Part shown: positions 50,101 through 62,966 of the stretch, in pieces | Numbering within the stretch: the stretch's first letter is position 1 | Layout: each line of letters opens with the position of its first letter | From: Chrysomallon squamiferum | Lineage: Eukaryota; Animalia; Mollusca | Length of the DNA stretch: 64,000 nt | Assembly: GCA_012295275.1 (NCBI GenBank) | Contig: CM022665.1 | Location: 48,608,001 to 48,672,000, forward strand | Direction of reading: 5' to 3' | The notes under the pieces: generated by a model | The model's database searches: none | What the model was told of the DNA's origin: nothing | Seen by the model: the letters and a program-made list of their open reading frames with translations, nothing else | Program-made: the position numbers and the translations under genes

Positions 50101-53038
50101 GAGCATCCATAGTACAGTGAGTTTTTTATTTTACTTCATTGTACTATTACACAGTTCTGTGAGAAAGCTATTCACTACTTTGAAAGAGCATCCATAGTAC
50201 AGTGAGTTTTTTATTTTACTTCATTGTACTGTTATGTTAATTTTTTATACTGCATTTACTTCAGTTACAGATATATGTTCTGTACAGTATAAATAAATAT
50301 GTATATGTATGTGTATATATAGTATTACTATTTTGTTTTATTTTTCAGACCAAATGAGGTAAAGTGGCATCTGATGATTGCAAGTTGTTATCGTCGCAGT
50401 GGCAACTACCAGCAGGCTCTAGAAACCTACAAAACCATACACAGGAAATTCCCCGACAACGTTGAATGTAAAATGTTTATTATTTTGTTACCCATGATGT
50501 TAAATTTATTTAATTTGTTTATCATTTTTGTTACCTGGGTTGTGAAATTATTTTGTTTATCATTTTATTACTTCAGCTCCTATTCCATTTTCACTGTTGT
50601 GTAATGTGTTTTGTGTTATCACATTGTAATGAAGAAACTTGATGTACCATACTAAACTCTGTACGTAACAGCCTCCACTACAGATGTGTAATAGTGGAAA
50701 TGGGCAGAGAACTCTACAGATGAATTTATTTACAGCTGACTGTTTGACTGTTGTGTTTGTTTTATTTATCTCAGGTTTAAAGTTTCTCGTTCGACTCTGC
50801 ACAGACTTGGGAATGAAGGATGCGCAGGAATATGCTACCAAACTGAAGAAAGCGGAGAAGGCAAAAGAACTTCGTGAACAGGTAAATTTAGACACTTTCG
50901 TGTTTTTTTTAAATTTTATTTTAAATTTCCTTTTTTTTAAATTTTATTTTAAATTTCCTTATCCTTAAATTAACTTTGAAAATAATAAAAATTCAAACTA
51001 CTTTTTTTTTCTTAATAAACAGAGATATTATATGTATAATTATATCAGTTTAAAAATTAAAATTGAACACCATTTTTTTTTATATAAAGAGAGATATTAA
51101 AAAAAAAAGAAATTACATCCTTATTATTACAGAAACTAAGCATTTTTTAAAAATTTTAAATATCCTTTTTTATAAACAGGGATATTATATATATTGTTAT
51201 TACCACTGTCTGAAAACATAAAAATACTTTAAAAGAACTGACCTGTGCAATAATGAAATGTTCTAGATTATCAAAAATATTAATTCTGAAAATTTAAATA
51301 GCATAGTGACTGTCTTGTTTATATTTCAAAATTTTAAACAGACTGAGTCGTTAACATTTTTTATCATGGTAAAATTAATGTTTTAACATTCAGCTTGTAT
51401 TGTTACTTTTTTAAAATGATTTTTTTATTTGTTTTTAAATCATATTTAAAAATCTAGAGAGCTACAAGTGGAACACGACGAGGAAGTGGTCGTAGGCGTG
51501 ATGGAAGTGCGGGAAGTGGTACGTTAACTTCTACTTTCACTTTCATTTTAATACAAAAACCATGATCCCTTCAAGTTTTGTAATAGTCTTTACAGACACT
51601 AACTAGCAGACTCTTTTAGTTTTTGTTAAATCTGATGAATATACTTTTACATGGTCATAAACATTTCCTTTTAACACATATTTATTAAAATATTTATTTT
51701 ATTTAGTTATTTTTTAAATTGTTTTTAATTTTTAATTTTTTTTTTGCAGATCGTGAAGGAAGTGCAGGAGCAACACGATCTTTCAGTGGGAAGGGTTCGA
51801 GAGTTGGAGGAATCAGGCGACCTCCAACCTTTGATGAAAATGAGGAACAAACACCTTACCACACAAGCAAGACCCAGGAAATAGGTTAATAATACTCATT
51901 TTTTTAAATTTAATTTTAAAAAGTTCAGTCTCAAAAACAGGAAAGCCCATATCAGTTTTTGTTCAGTGCATTTAGAAAGTTATCTTTGTTTACGAATTGT
52001 TATTTGGGGAAATTGTTACATTATGGAGGAGTATAAAGTTTTTGTTTTTGAAGATGAAAGTTGAAAACTTTGCCAGCAACTCTCTTTTTTGACTTTATAG
52101 TATTTTATTGGTGCTTCAGAGGAATGCATCTTATTTGGTTAATTTTATGTGTTGTACTGAAAATGTCCATTTGTTGTAGATTTTACAGTTGTATTGATAA
52201 TGCTACTTTGATGTTACAGTTCTACTGATAATGTGGTTGTTGTTGATTTTACCAGTGTGGTTTTGTTGTAGATATTTACTAGTGTGGTTTTGTTGTAGAT
52301 ATTTACTAGTGTGGTTTTGTTGTACTGACTGTGTAGTTTTGCTGTATGTTACAGTTGTACTGGCAGTGAAGTTTTGTTGTAGATGTTAGTTGTACTGACT
52401 GTGTAGTTTTGCTGTAGATGTTAGTTGTACTGACTGTGTAGTTTTGCTGTAGATGTTACAGTTGTACTGACAGTATGGTTTTGTTGTAGATATTTACTAG
52501 TGTGGTTTTGTTGTACTGACTGTGTAGCTTTGCTGTATGTTACAGTTGTACTGGCAGTGAAGTTCTGTTGTAGATGTTAATTGTACTGACTGTGTAGTTT
52601 TGCTGTAGATGTTACAGATGTACTGACAGTGTAGTTATGTTGTAGATGTTACAGTTGTACCAACAGTATGGTATTGTTGTAGATATTTACTAGTGTGGTT
52701 TTGTTGTAGATGTTACAGGTGTACTGACAGTGTTGTTTTGATGTAGATGTTACAGTTGTACCAACAGTGTGGTTTTGTTGTAGATGTTACAGTTGTACTG
52801 ACAGTATGGTTTTGTTGTAGATGTTACAGTTTAACTGACAGTGTAGTTTTGTTGCAGATATTTACTAGTTGTGGTTTTGTTGTAGATGCTTACCAGTGTG
52901 GTTTTGTTGTAGATGCGACGTATTATGATCCTCTTGGGCCCGGAGATGGAGAGACCGAAGACTGCTGCAGCAAAGAGAGACGCGGCTCACGATGAGTTTG
53001 CAGACGAAGAACTCGGAGAGGAATTTTTACCAGAATAA
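36912..53038 (+). CDS. IFT88: Intraflagellar transport protein 88 (TPR protein, IFT-B), 24 coding exons
   Basis: Exons: 36912-37013, 37285-37353, 37787-37961, 38832-38904, 39149-39239, 39449-39553, 39950-40052, 40426-40540, 41046-41277, 41878-41948, 42123-42209, 42362-42461, 42919-43005, 46409-46478, 46905-47021, 47470-47578, 48078-48116, 48417-48528, 49659-49774, 50349-50467, 50775-50881, 51458-51518, 51750-51884, 52913-53038 (+1 nt). Motifs: EDDLYSGFNDYN, RPMTAVRAAGFTS, ALEKAKEAGRKER, INLDLTYSVLFNLA, AIKYYRMALDQVP, DRYNPAALVNKG, GDKSQAFQYY, KWHLMIASCYRRSGNYQQA, DPLGP...ERPKTAA...DEFADEELGEEFLPE. Confidence 0.96.
37938..38742 (+). repeat. ~80-88-bp array spanning an IFT88 donor
   Basis: gttttacttca..ctggtaacagag|gtagattt...ctttgactagacttaaaatgaaaa repeated about 9 times from the exon end at 37961. 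Confidence 0.92.
39542..39830 (+). repeat. ~33-38-bp array spanning an IFT88 donor
   Basis: cttacatactca|gtaagtatttattagtgactactta repeated from the exon end at 39553. Confidence 0.9.
40538..40720 (+). repeat. 30-bp array spanning an IFT88 donor
   Basis: gag|gttattttacagaaataattatagtta, about 6 copies from the exon end at 40540. Confidence 0.92.
45870..46350. repeat. Degenerate ~90-bp minisatellite in the long IFT88 intron
   Basis: tactggaatattatgaattaagttatgtaagtaaaccatatcttcgtgtgttagtaagtaaattatgcat...aaatactgg units. Confidence 0.8.
47579..48077 (+). other. U12-type (minor spliceosome) GT-AG intron in IFT88
   Basis: 5' end GTATCCTTCT. Branch site TTCTTAAC at 48061-48068, about 10 nt before the AG (48076-48077), with no pyrimidine tract between. 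Frame is continuous across the junction (ADI|YDQL). Confidence 0.85.
48516..49200 (+). repeat. 53-bp array (~13 copies) spanning an IFT88 donor
   Basis: agtact(ac/gt)gac|gtcagtgtccttattttatactagtttttatttttatatcat; GT at 48529, 48582 and onward. Confidence 0.95.
49723..50230 (+). repeat. 85-bp array (6 copies) containing ~50 nt of IFT88 exon plus donor
   Basis: cacagttctgtgagaaagctattcactactttgaaagagcatccatagtaca|gtgag...ttttattttacttcattgta. Confidence 0.95.
52170..52915 (+). repeat. Composite minisatellite spanning the last IFT88 acceptor
   Basis: gtggttttgttgtag|at occurs many times, interleaved with gttacagttgtactgacagt; the final copy is the true acceptor (52911-52912). Confidence 0.88.
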
Positions 53039-53539
53039 ATTTCCCCATTTCAAATTGTTTACATGCTACAAGTTCACAAAAGTTTCAACATTCATGGACA
53101 AACTAGCTTTTAACAAGTTGTTTGCATAAATTATTCTGTCATTTATATTTTGCTACTAAATTAAATATTTTGGTTATTTTTATGTGATCCGTCCAGTAGA
53201 AATTCTCATCTTGTGTTGTTTTAAATTAGATGACTGCTCGTTACTGTGGTTATTTGCCAACATGAACATTTGTGAAAATATTTATTTCTGTTCATTGCTA
53301 GTAATAAAATTATCTGTTATTCATGTGTGATGTTATTAATAACTGATTTCTTGTGAGGTTGGGATATTTTTAAAGGTTGTCCAGTGATACCAAACAAGTT
53401 ACTTAAGCTTTTAAAAAATAATAATAAAATAATTTAAACAGTTCTTGCTCGATATGAAAATTAGAATTATTCTTATCAAAATACATTTGATGAACAAAAT
53501 ACTTCTTTTTTTTGGTGGGGGGGGGTATCAAAAGAACTT

Positions 53540-53660
53540 GTCAGTGGAATAGTTTGTCATCCTATTTTCTTAAGAGTTCTGTAAATGAACACACTAAATT
53601 ACCATACTAGTATTCTCCATTTACCACAAGTCTTTGTGGAATCTGAATTAAGACTATCAG
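53540..53660 (-). mobile_element. Possible degenerate CR1/L2-type LINE RT fragment
   Basis: Minus strand reads QRLVVNGEY* then ...DDKLF, resembling the QRVVVNG and ADDTKLF motifs of non-LTR RTs; heavily decayed. Confidence 0.3.
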
Positions 53661-54513
53661 GTTTCCATCACTGTTAGGATCCTAACAGACTTGGTTCAAC
53701 TGCTCCAAATTTTATTCTAATTTTATAATGATGGCGAATTGATTTTTTCAGTTCTTGAATTTTAAATTTCTTTGACTACCAATTATTTATCACACTAATA
53801 ATCAACAATTTGTACAAACTGGTGAAACAATATGCTCCTCAGATTTTTGGATTATGGTACAGTTAGAAATTAAGATGAATCAATAACAGGAAAAGGACGA
53901 TACATTTCACCTTACTTATAAAGTCTTGTATTTGATTACCAGTACAAACAATCTGCTCAATGTAATTCAAACAACTATTCTTATTATTAAACCAATATTC
54001 CCTATTTCCATTAGTTAAAACTGAATATATTCAGTAAAATGGAAGTCTGGTAATACTAACAGTAACAGTACTTCTGTCAGTTCTGACACTGTACAGCATA
54101 CGTACAGCAATGCTAAGTGTCAGAAACTTATGGCTTGTTCCCAACAATATTCTATCAAAAATACAAAACTAATAATGATAGGTAAAAAAAATATAATAAA
54201 TGAATAAGTAAACTAATAACAATAATAATAATAAAATAAATAAAATAAAAACTTAGTGAATAATCAGGCAATAAAAAAAATTAAAAAGCTTTAGATCAGT
54301 TGTGTTTCTATTTCAAAACCTGTAGAACCTTCTTATTTCAACTTAATGCAGTGATCGAATTTATTTTTTTGTTTTTTGCCATTTTTTTTTTTTTTTTTTT
54401 TTTAATGTGACTATTTCATGCTTTCATAACTGGAAATGTGACATCTGCATATATCAAACCAAATCAATTTTGTTAGTTTGTATATTTTTTTAATTGTCAA
54501 TTTTCTTATTCAA

Positions 54514-56628
54514 CTAGAACATGATCATCTGGCCCTGAAAAAAAAAAAATACAAATGTTGTTTAATAAAAAATATTAAACTTTTAAAATATTCTTATCTT
54601 TAAAGATTGATTACAGCATTGAGAAAACGAGACAGAATCACTGAACATCAAGTCAGAAGTCTGATGTTGTATGTGATCACTAACATGCAATTTATCTCAC
54701 TCTACGTACGCCAGTTTCTGACATCACATTACACAAAGAGATATACACACGAAGATAAAATAATATTTTATAAAAAAATTATTTTGCAACTACAAGCTAT
54801 TATTGTAATTCATTGTGGCTGTTTTATCCGACATATTAAATTTAACAAACTCTGACAAATAACTAAATGAACTGTACGCAAGATTAGAAAAAGATTATTT
54901 CTGGCCAAGAGCTTTTTAACCAACTAACTAGTGCAATACTGACAGATATGATCTAACAAATTCCTGATAACATGTATGATGATGTAAAAGGTTGTGCAGC
55001 AGAAGATATTAACAATCAACATCCCCAAAAATGCCAAGCAATGTGTGCAGTAAAAATGCATGGTTATACAAAAATGTAGGTGTCATGATGCAGTTAACAT
55101 TAATAGAAAGTTGTTGCCACCAACTTATGATTGTTTTATCAGAGATGTTGATAATATTTTAGATTTTTTTTTATTTTTTTTTATCAGTTTTCTTTTGTTG
55201 TTTTTGATAAAATAGGTACAAGAATGAATCTGATGAAAATAATAAACTTTACCTTTCGTTTCTTGTCACCACCCAGTTCAAAATGTTTACATCTTTTAAT
55301 AGACAACTGTTTTCTGTATTTACAATCAGTACATTCCATTCTCAAAACAATCTTTTTAGTTGTCTTTGCCTGAAATAGTTTGTAAATATATCAGTTAGAT
55401 TAAGTAAAAAATATTTGTAAATAATAGTTTCTTCTTAAATTTTTTTTAAATACTGGAAGGTAAGGACATGGCCTTGTTATTTCCAAGTTAGTTCTCAAGC
55501 AATTAAAATAATACTGTAGAAAATTATCACTTTATTATTTATAAACATTTACCAACAAAAATAATTTTAAATTTTAAAAATATTATTATGGTAACAGCAG
55601 AAAATTATTATTTTATACACATTTACCACGAAAAATAAATTTAAACTTTTATAAATATTTACACAGCTACTACTAATTTTGTTTTCAATTGATTATTTTT
55701 CCTCTGATTATAAAATACAGTAATGAGAATTAAAGACATTATTTTTTTTTCTTAAATAAAAAACTTGATGGTTTAACAAATATATATTTACCTTTTTGTG
55801 AAATATAGGTTTTGTCTGACCTCCGTAACCAGCTTGTTTTCTGTCATACCTTCTTTTACCTGAAAAGTATAAAAATGTTAATATACTGCAATACTGCAAT
55901 AAAAAAAATAAGGTCTGCTAAATTAATCATTTGTATCAAAATTATCTTATTCAATCCACTACTGTTTCATTCCTATCACAAACCAATGTGACCATTTTAT
56001 ATATCTATTATAGTTTTATTACCTGCAGAATGAATTTGACAGGTATGTGATACCAACCATCTCTACAATGCATTGAAATGTCTCCCAATGTAAAAAAACT
56101 GAGTTAAAAAAAACCTGTACTAATAAGGCACAAATCCAAACTGCAATATTGCTCATTTAAGGATTTCATTACCTTGTGCATACAGTGATGCTTTGCCAGC
56201 TTTATATTGTGTTACTTTGTGTAATGTATGTCTCTTGCATTTCTTTCCCTTGCAGAATGTCCTTCTGGATTTGGGAACGTTCACCTTAAAAATATAATAA
56301 AATCAACTTTCTTCAGGGTTATTTCCCCATGTAAACTAACTAAATATTTTATAAATAAACAGAAATTAACCAATAAAAAAAAACCCGCTAATATATAAGC
56401 AGAGGTAGTTCTCAAATGTTAACATTCGTCAACTATTCATGACTTGCTAATCGTGTCGCTTATGATTATTTTTATCTACTAACTTATCTGTATTTATTTA
56501 TTATTTAACTTATATCAGAATGTGTAATAGATCATTAATTAAATGAACTTGTAATTTAATTTAAAAGATGTCATAACAATTAAGACGATAATGCTGGATT
56601 TGGAAACCAATACTAAAACCCTCACCAT
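54514..56628 (-). CDS. RPL36A: 60S ribosomal protein eL42 (L36a/L44), 106 aa, 5 coding exons
   Basis: Exons 56628-56626 (ATG), 56284-56173, 55859-55792, 55369-55253, 54534-54514. Protein: [106 protein letters not shown]. Confidence 0.98.
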
Positions 56629-56646
56629 TTTGGTGTTTTCGTTAGC

Positions 56647-56657
56647 GAAAAAGGAAG
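56647..56657 (-). promoter_or_regulatory. TCT / 5'TOP polypyrimidine initiator of RPL36A
   Basis: Minus strand CTTCCTTTTTC ends 18 nt upstream of the ATG; typical of ribosomal protein transcription starts. Confidence 0.8.
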
Positions 56658-56717
56658 TTGCTATTTAGAATTGCGCAAACGCCGATGATCTACTTCCGGC
56701 GCTGAATTGGTGCAAAG

Positions 56718-57921
56718 ATGAGTGAAAAGAAAGAACAACAGAATAGCGATAATGAAAATAAAAACAAGGAAGAAGAGCTTATACCACATGTACTAAAACT
56801 ATCCATTAAATAAGGCGTATAAATCTATATTTGATTCGGAAATATATAGTTTCTTAGAATGTATGGCAATATAATGTATATTCGCGGTATGCATTTTTCC
56901 GTGTTAAGATTATGCAAAAACATTTGACTTTTTCGAAGTGATAACTTTTAAAGCAGTAAAATTTCTAAGTGAACATGTCATAATTCAATTAATTGTGATA
57001 GTGTAACTGTATTACGTTTTAAAAATGCTCCTTCTCCTTCAGGGCATCATGTTAAACATAAAATTATTAAGTTTTCAGTCTTGTTCATCTTTTGTTATTT
57101 TTTAATTTTAAGGTCCAGTCGGCTAATAAATGGGAAACAGCTGATTTGGGAGAAACTGAAAGAAAAAGCAAATTTCTGAGATTAATGGGAGCAGCAAAGG
57201 TATTGGATCCAGTATTGAATATAAGTTTAGACGGAAGAGAACACAAAATAGAAACAAATTTAACAGAATGAAAATAAATATTTATTTTATTCTTTAGAGC
57301 CCCATTACATATTGTTACCTCTTAAACTGGTTTTCAAAAAAAGTTTTTCTTTTTGTTGCAATAATAATGTATTTCCAAGAGTTTCATGTAAATGATGTTT
57401 TTATAGTAAGTCTGATAATTATATGATATGTATAAAGATTTTAAAAACTTTTATAAGTTATTTTAAGCACCGAATATTAAAATAATCTAGTCTCATATGT
57501 TTTGTTCTAAAATTATTTGTCTTACATTTTTACATTTCCAGAAGGAACATCATGGGAAATTTGTTATTGGTGACCAGAAACCAAATGAAGAAAGGAAATG
57601 TAAGGCAACATTTATTAAAATTTCATTTATTTTTTATTTTATTAAAGTGTACCTTATATAGTTAAAAAAAAAAAGAAACCTGCTTTAATATAGATATTTC
57701 ATATTTTTAATTGTTTTTAATTTATTTATTATTATTTTCATTTTTAATTTGTTTTTTGACACATCTTAACTTCTCTTATAATTTTCACCAAAGCAAAATT
57801 TCATAAAAAATAATAGAAAGAATTACTTTGTTTTGTTAATAAATTTAATTTTTTTAATTTTTATATATGTGTGTATGTGTTTATAGATTTAAATATAAAT
57901 ATATGTGTGTGTGTGTGTATG

Positions 57922-57954
<33 letters not shown>

Positions 57955-58301
57955 CAGTAACGGATGAACATCGACTAACAGAAGATCTTGAAGTGCAGTT
58001 TGTTCAAGGACTGGAACATCAGCGGATTGGTGGTCGCCGGGGACACATCGGCCTCGGTTACCACAACGCATCTAAAGACAGCCAGGAGAAACAAGACTCC
58101 ACGGAGACCAAAACGGAGGAAACGTCAGAAGAAAATGTGCAGGAAACATCCGAAAGTAAGAAAGAAGAAGAAGAAACCGATGAGAAAAATAGTAAAACTG
58201 TTGATGTGGAGGAAAAGAAAGATGAAAGAAAAGATAATGACGAGTTGGGACCTTCGTCTGCAAAAAAATATAAAATGGCTTTTGTGAAAGCGAGTTCGTG
58301 A
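56718..58301 (+). CDS. C11orf58: Small acidic protein (SMAP / C11orf58 family), 4 coding exons
   Basis: Exons 56718-56789, 57113-57199, 57542-57599, 57958-58301. [37 protein letters not shown]...RRGHIGLGY, an acidic/basic tail, and C-terminal KYKMAFVKASS match the SMAP family. Confidence 0.92.
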
Positions 58302-61300
58302 CGCAGACTGTTGTTTTACGTGGGAAATATCTTCACCACATTCAGCAAAAGAATTTTAAAAAATATACAAAAATGGAAGTCTTCTCAGAATGATTCCAGA
58401 AATGAATTACTGAAAATATTCTATGAGTTTGTTTATTTACAGAAAATGTGTTAATTGTAAGAAGTAATTTAAGCAAATGTGCTACATCTGGTAAAAGATT
58501 CACTTGAGAAAACGTGCTGATTTTCGGAACTGCTTTTATTACATTTCTGGACATGTTACTTAAGATTTTGTGATCATCTTAGTGAAAATTTAGTTGATAC
58601 TACTGTTAGTTCATTGGTGTGTGTATGAGTGAAACATCAGTGTATTAGGCAAAATTCTAAAATAATGAACTGAATTAGATTCTATGTTAGACAAAACCAC
58701 ATTCACTTGATCATATTAAAACAGTGTTCAAATTTAAAATGTTACTTTGTCTTTAAAGGTTTTAATCCAGTGTAGACAAGTGACTTTTTTTTCATGAGTG
58801 TGTGGTTGTCATTAAAAACATTATAATTCATTCATTATTCATGACTTTATTATTTTTTCTTTCCCCACTCAGCTTTCATTTAGCTGTGTTGATTATTTTC
58901 ATCCAAGCTGTTTCTAAAGATCTATTATTTCTTTTGAAATGATGTAAAATCTGTATTTGGTACACATAACAAAAGAAATCAGTCTGTCAAGTTTATTGAA
59001 TTCAGAAAACAAATTTAAATATTACATTAAAATATGGTTTGATGATATGAAAAAGTAAAACAAGGACGGAAATATTATTTTTTGTAACAAATTTACAATA
59101 CTGAAATAAATATAAATATTTATGCATAGGAGTAATTTAATATTTCACAAACCAGAAATTACAAAATAAATGGACAATTCATTAAGATAATGATATTAAA
59201 TATTTCTAGTATACACATGTAGGTAATTCTACATCACCCAAAGAATTTATTATGTACTGTTTTTAACAAATGAACAAAACATTTAATGGATAAATTAATG
59301 GATTTTCTTTTTTCTTTTTTAGTATGGTATTGTGTGACATTTTCTTTTTGAAACAGTTCTGTTACGTACATTTATTTATTTTATTCACAGAATTAATTTT
59401 AGACTGAAGGAAATTAATGGATGTAAAAAATCAGAAACATGTTACATAAATTCCTTCTCGGCAAGTCTTACTGTCTGGCAGTATTTTTTTAAAATTAATT
59501 GATGGCTGTACATATTGTGGAATGGAAGTAAACTATAAATTACAAACTGACAACTCAATCCAGTTATCATTTATTATCAGTGGGATCACAAGGACTTTTG
59601 TTTAAAAAAAAAAGATGAAAATCAGAAATCAAAAACTAAAAATTTTATAATTTGTATAAAACATTTATTTATAAATATATATATATTTTGTTTTTTGATT
59701 TAAATATGTGAATTTATTTTATAATTTGATCAGATAACAATAAACATGATGTTAATATTGTTAATTAAAACATGAAGTTATCCCATTATAATACAGCTAC
59801 TACTGTTTAGTGTAAATAAAGTGCTTTACATAATAAGGTACTTTTGATCATGAAAAAAAAGTTTTTGATTTTTCTTCTTTTTCTTTCTACCATTATTTCA
59901 TTTATTTACTTGTTTTTATTATATTTTTATTTATTAATTTATTTATTTATTTATTTATTTATTTAATTATTTTTCACAATTTAGAAAATGTCACTTTCAG
60001 GTATGTCAACAGGAAAAAAGAAAATGCAAGAACCACATAAGAGGCTTGACAATCTAATAATAATACAAAAGTAATCTAAAAAAGGTTATTGTCTAAATTA
60101 TCACATAAATCAGAAACAAGTTTATCTGCATAAGGATGGCATCCTTACAAAGAGAAAATGGCAGCAATATAATTAGCAAAATAGTTGAAATTATTTTCAA
60201 AATATCTGTAAGACAGAATGTTAATCTTTAACCAAGGATTATTTAGTTATTTGGAATGATTTGGCTAAGTGGAATGCATTATTTACGTTTAATACTGCAT
60301 TACTAAAATGTTTACATTATAGATTTTTAATAATGTTTTACAAACTTAACACCTGATAAATTAATCATAAAAAAAAAAAAAAAAAAAAAATACAGTTGAT
60401 TGAACTTTGTACTAATACTATATTGAGATCAGCAGTACAAATTATTAGCAGTTGTCACTGGAAATATAAATTACAGCAGATAAAGATTTATCACAGAAAT
60501 CAAACTACATCAGTTTCTGATACCTTGAAACAGCATACAGAAAATACAATCTATGACATACTAAAGAAAACTGGTTTTGTTAATTAAAATGTGAGAAAAT
60601 AAATTAATGGAAAGGAAAATGTCCTTTTCATATGATTTTACACAATTAACAAAATAATGTACTAAAACAAACATCACTGAATAAATTGTTAAAACATGAA
60701 AAGAAAGAAAAAACCTGCCATAGTCCAATATGTAAGCAGACAGAGTTAGGATCTGCTTTGAACACTGTAATTACCAAAATGTTCAGCAGCAGCTACACAT
60801 TTACAAACACAAATTAAAGATCACAGATGCTAATTTTTATTATTAAATATTTAAATAAATAGATCATTCACTATAAACAATAACAAATTAATTTTAAATA
60901 ATGTGTGGTTTTAACGCAGGCATTTACATTGTGGTGTAAGACAAAAATAATTTCTTCAGAGAGTTAATAGAACCAGCTGCCATTTTCTTAATGTCAAACA
61001 GTTGGTTAACATAACAAACATTTATTCTGATTAGTTATTGTTCAGCAGCAAAGTAATAAAACACTTTATAGAATTTTCACCATTAAAAGAAAAAAAAAAA
61101 GAAAGTAATAAAAAGTAAAATATATAAATAAAAAAACATTTTAAAATGAATTCTCACAATTTAAATTTGAAAAAAAAAAAAGAAAAAAGGTAATTGAAAA
61201 TATTACTACTGACCATAGACCTAAAAGGCCAATTCAAAAATCAAAAAAAAAAAAAAAAAAAAAAAAATAAAAAAAAAAAAAATCTTTTTAAATGATGAAA

Positions 61301-62966
61301 CAAAGCTCAGCAAGAATTAATATTTGGTTAGATGGAATAAAAAGCAAAGATTGACATTAACAAAATATTTTGCAGCAGTGGATGGATGGAGACAAATCAG
61401 CAGATTGAGAAAGTGTGTATAATAGAACATTGTAGAAAAACATGCATAGAAGAATTTCAGCACTATCAATACACCAGCAGTAGAACATAAACATGATAAT
61501 TAATCACATCACTATACACTCCTATTACTACTGTTCTTCCAAACATTGCTTAATCCTAAATACATTTTCGGTGCTTTGATATACTTTTTTAAAAAATTCA
61601 TTTTAATAAAAAAATATATGAAAAAAAGAAAATTAAATAAATAAATAAGTAAATAAATAAATTTTAGAAATTATTTTTGCATAATCTACCACCTATTCCA
61701 TGCAAAACAAAATGACAAAACCTGTCATTTTTCAGGATGTTTACGCACAAACTGCTGGTATTTTTAATAGATAAAACTCACTTCGAGTGATCTGTGTTTG
61801 ACATGGCACATAAATATTTATGCATAGATACAGCAGTTTACAAATAAAAATAACTTAACAATCTTGACATTTACAAATATTATCAATCTTGACAATCACA
61901 AATATAAATGTTATTGATCTTAACAATTACAAATATAAATGTTACTAATCTTGACACTGACAGATACCAATGTGTTAACAATTCTGACAATTAAAAATCT
62001 TTGTTACATATCTTGATTGTTACAGACAGTGATCTTAATAGTTACAAATATAAAGATTTGTTACCAATACAACAAACTGCAGATATATATCAGTGTTACC
62101 ATTCTTGACCTTTATAAACTATAAACATGCTACCATCTACTCCTTATTTGAATGTTTAATGAAATAGTTGCTCTTCTTGTGTGTAACAAACAGGCATCAA
62201 GTGTTTGTATAGAAGATGTGTATGTACTTTAGTCCAATAACAGAACCTTTTCGTCTCTGTTACATCCATTCACCAAGGTCTCTACAAAAGAATGGATCAC
62301 TTTGTTGTTTTCCATAAATCACTAATATCTGCAGCAATATGACCACACCGATGTTGATCTATACACAAAACCTGCTTGTGTACAATTCTTAAATCACATA
62401 TTTCATTTTTAAAAAAGAGGAGAAGAAGAAATTTCTGTGGTGACATGCAATGTTCGTGCAGTAAAGACAGAAGTTTTGTTCTCACGGACGTCATGTCATA
62501 TTTACGTAGTCGTCAGACTAGAATAAATAATTTCGCACATATTTAATTTGAAACTGTTTTTGCAAATTATAATTATTCCATTCCATTAAAATTTACTATT
62601 AAAATAATCTTTAAGAATAAGGAACATAAGTATTTGAAGAAATTAAATGTTCCTAAACAGCAAATGCTTTTCTGTTCCTTCAAAACAAATTTGATTTTAT
62701 TTTATTTCAGTTCTTTAACATCTTTCTCCAGATTTAGACTTCTTGTTTGTCCTCTGCTGGTAAATTACCTATGTTGGTTTTGCTGTAATTTTTTATTTTT
62801 TTAAATTTATTTATTGGTAAGGCACAGAATTAATACTTAATGAATAAAGATGTTTATCTCGGAAACATCTTGTCCTCATCCTGAAGATTTCCATGTCTTT
62901 GATACAATTACAACAAATTATTTTTTCTTCATAAGAATGTCAGAGCTCAGATGGAACGAGGATTTT

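Noticed and set aside
48516-50230. Regularly spaced repeats resembling CRISPR arrays
   Set aside because: No unique spacers, units derive from host exon junctions, eukaryotic context, no cas genes.
54600-55150. Possible intronic snoRNA in RPL36A intron 4 (hairpin ATCAC/AACATCA...TGATGTT/GTGAT near 54635-54680)
   Set aside because: No convincing C/D pair with terminal stem or H plus ACA boxes on the host strand; needs an Rfam/Infernal scan.
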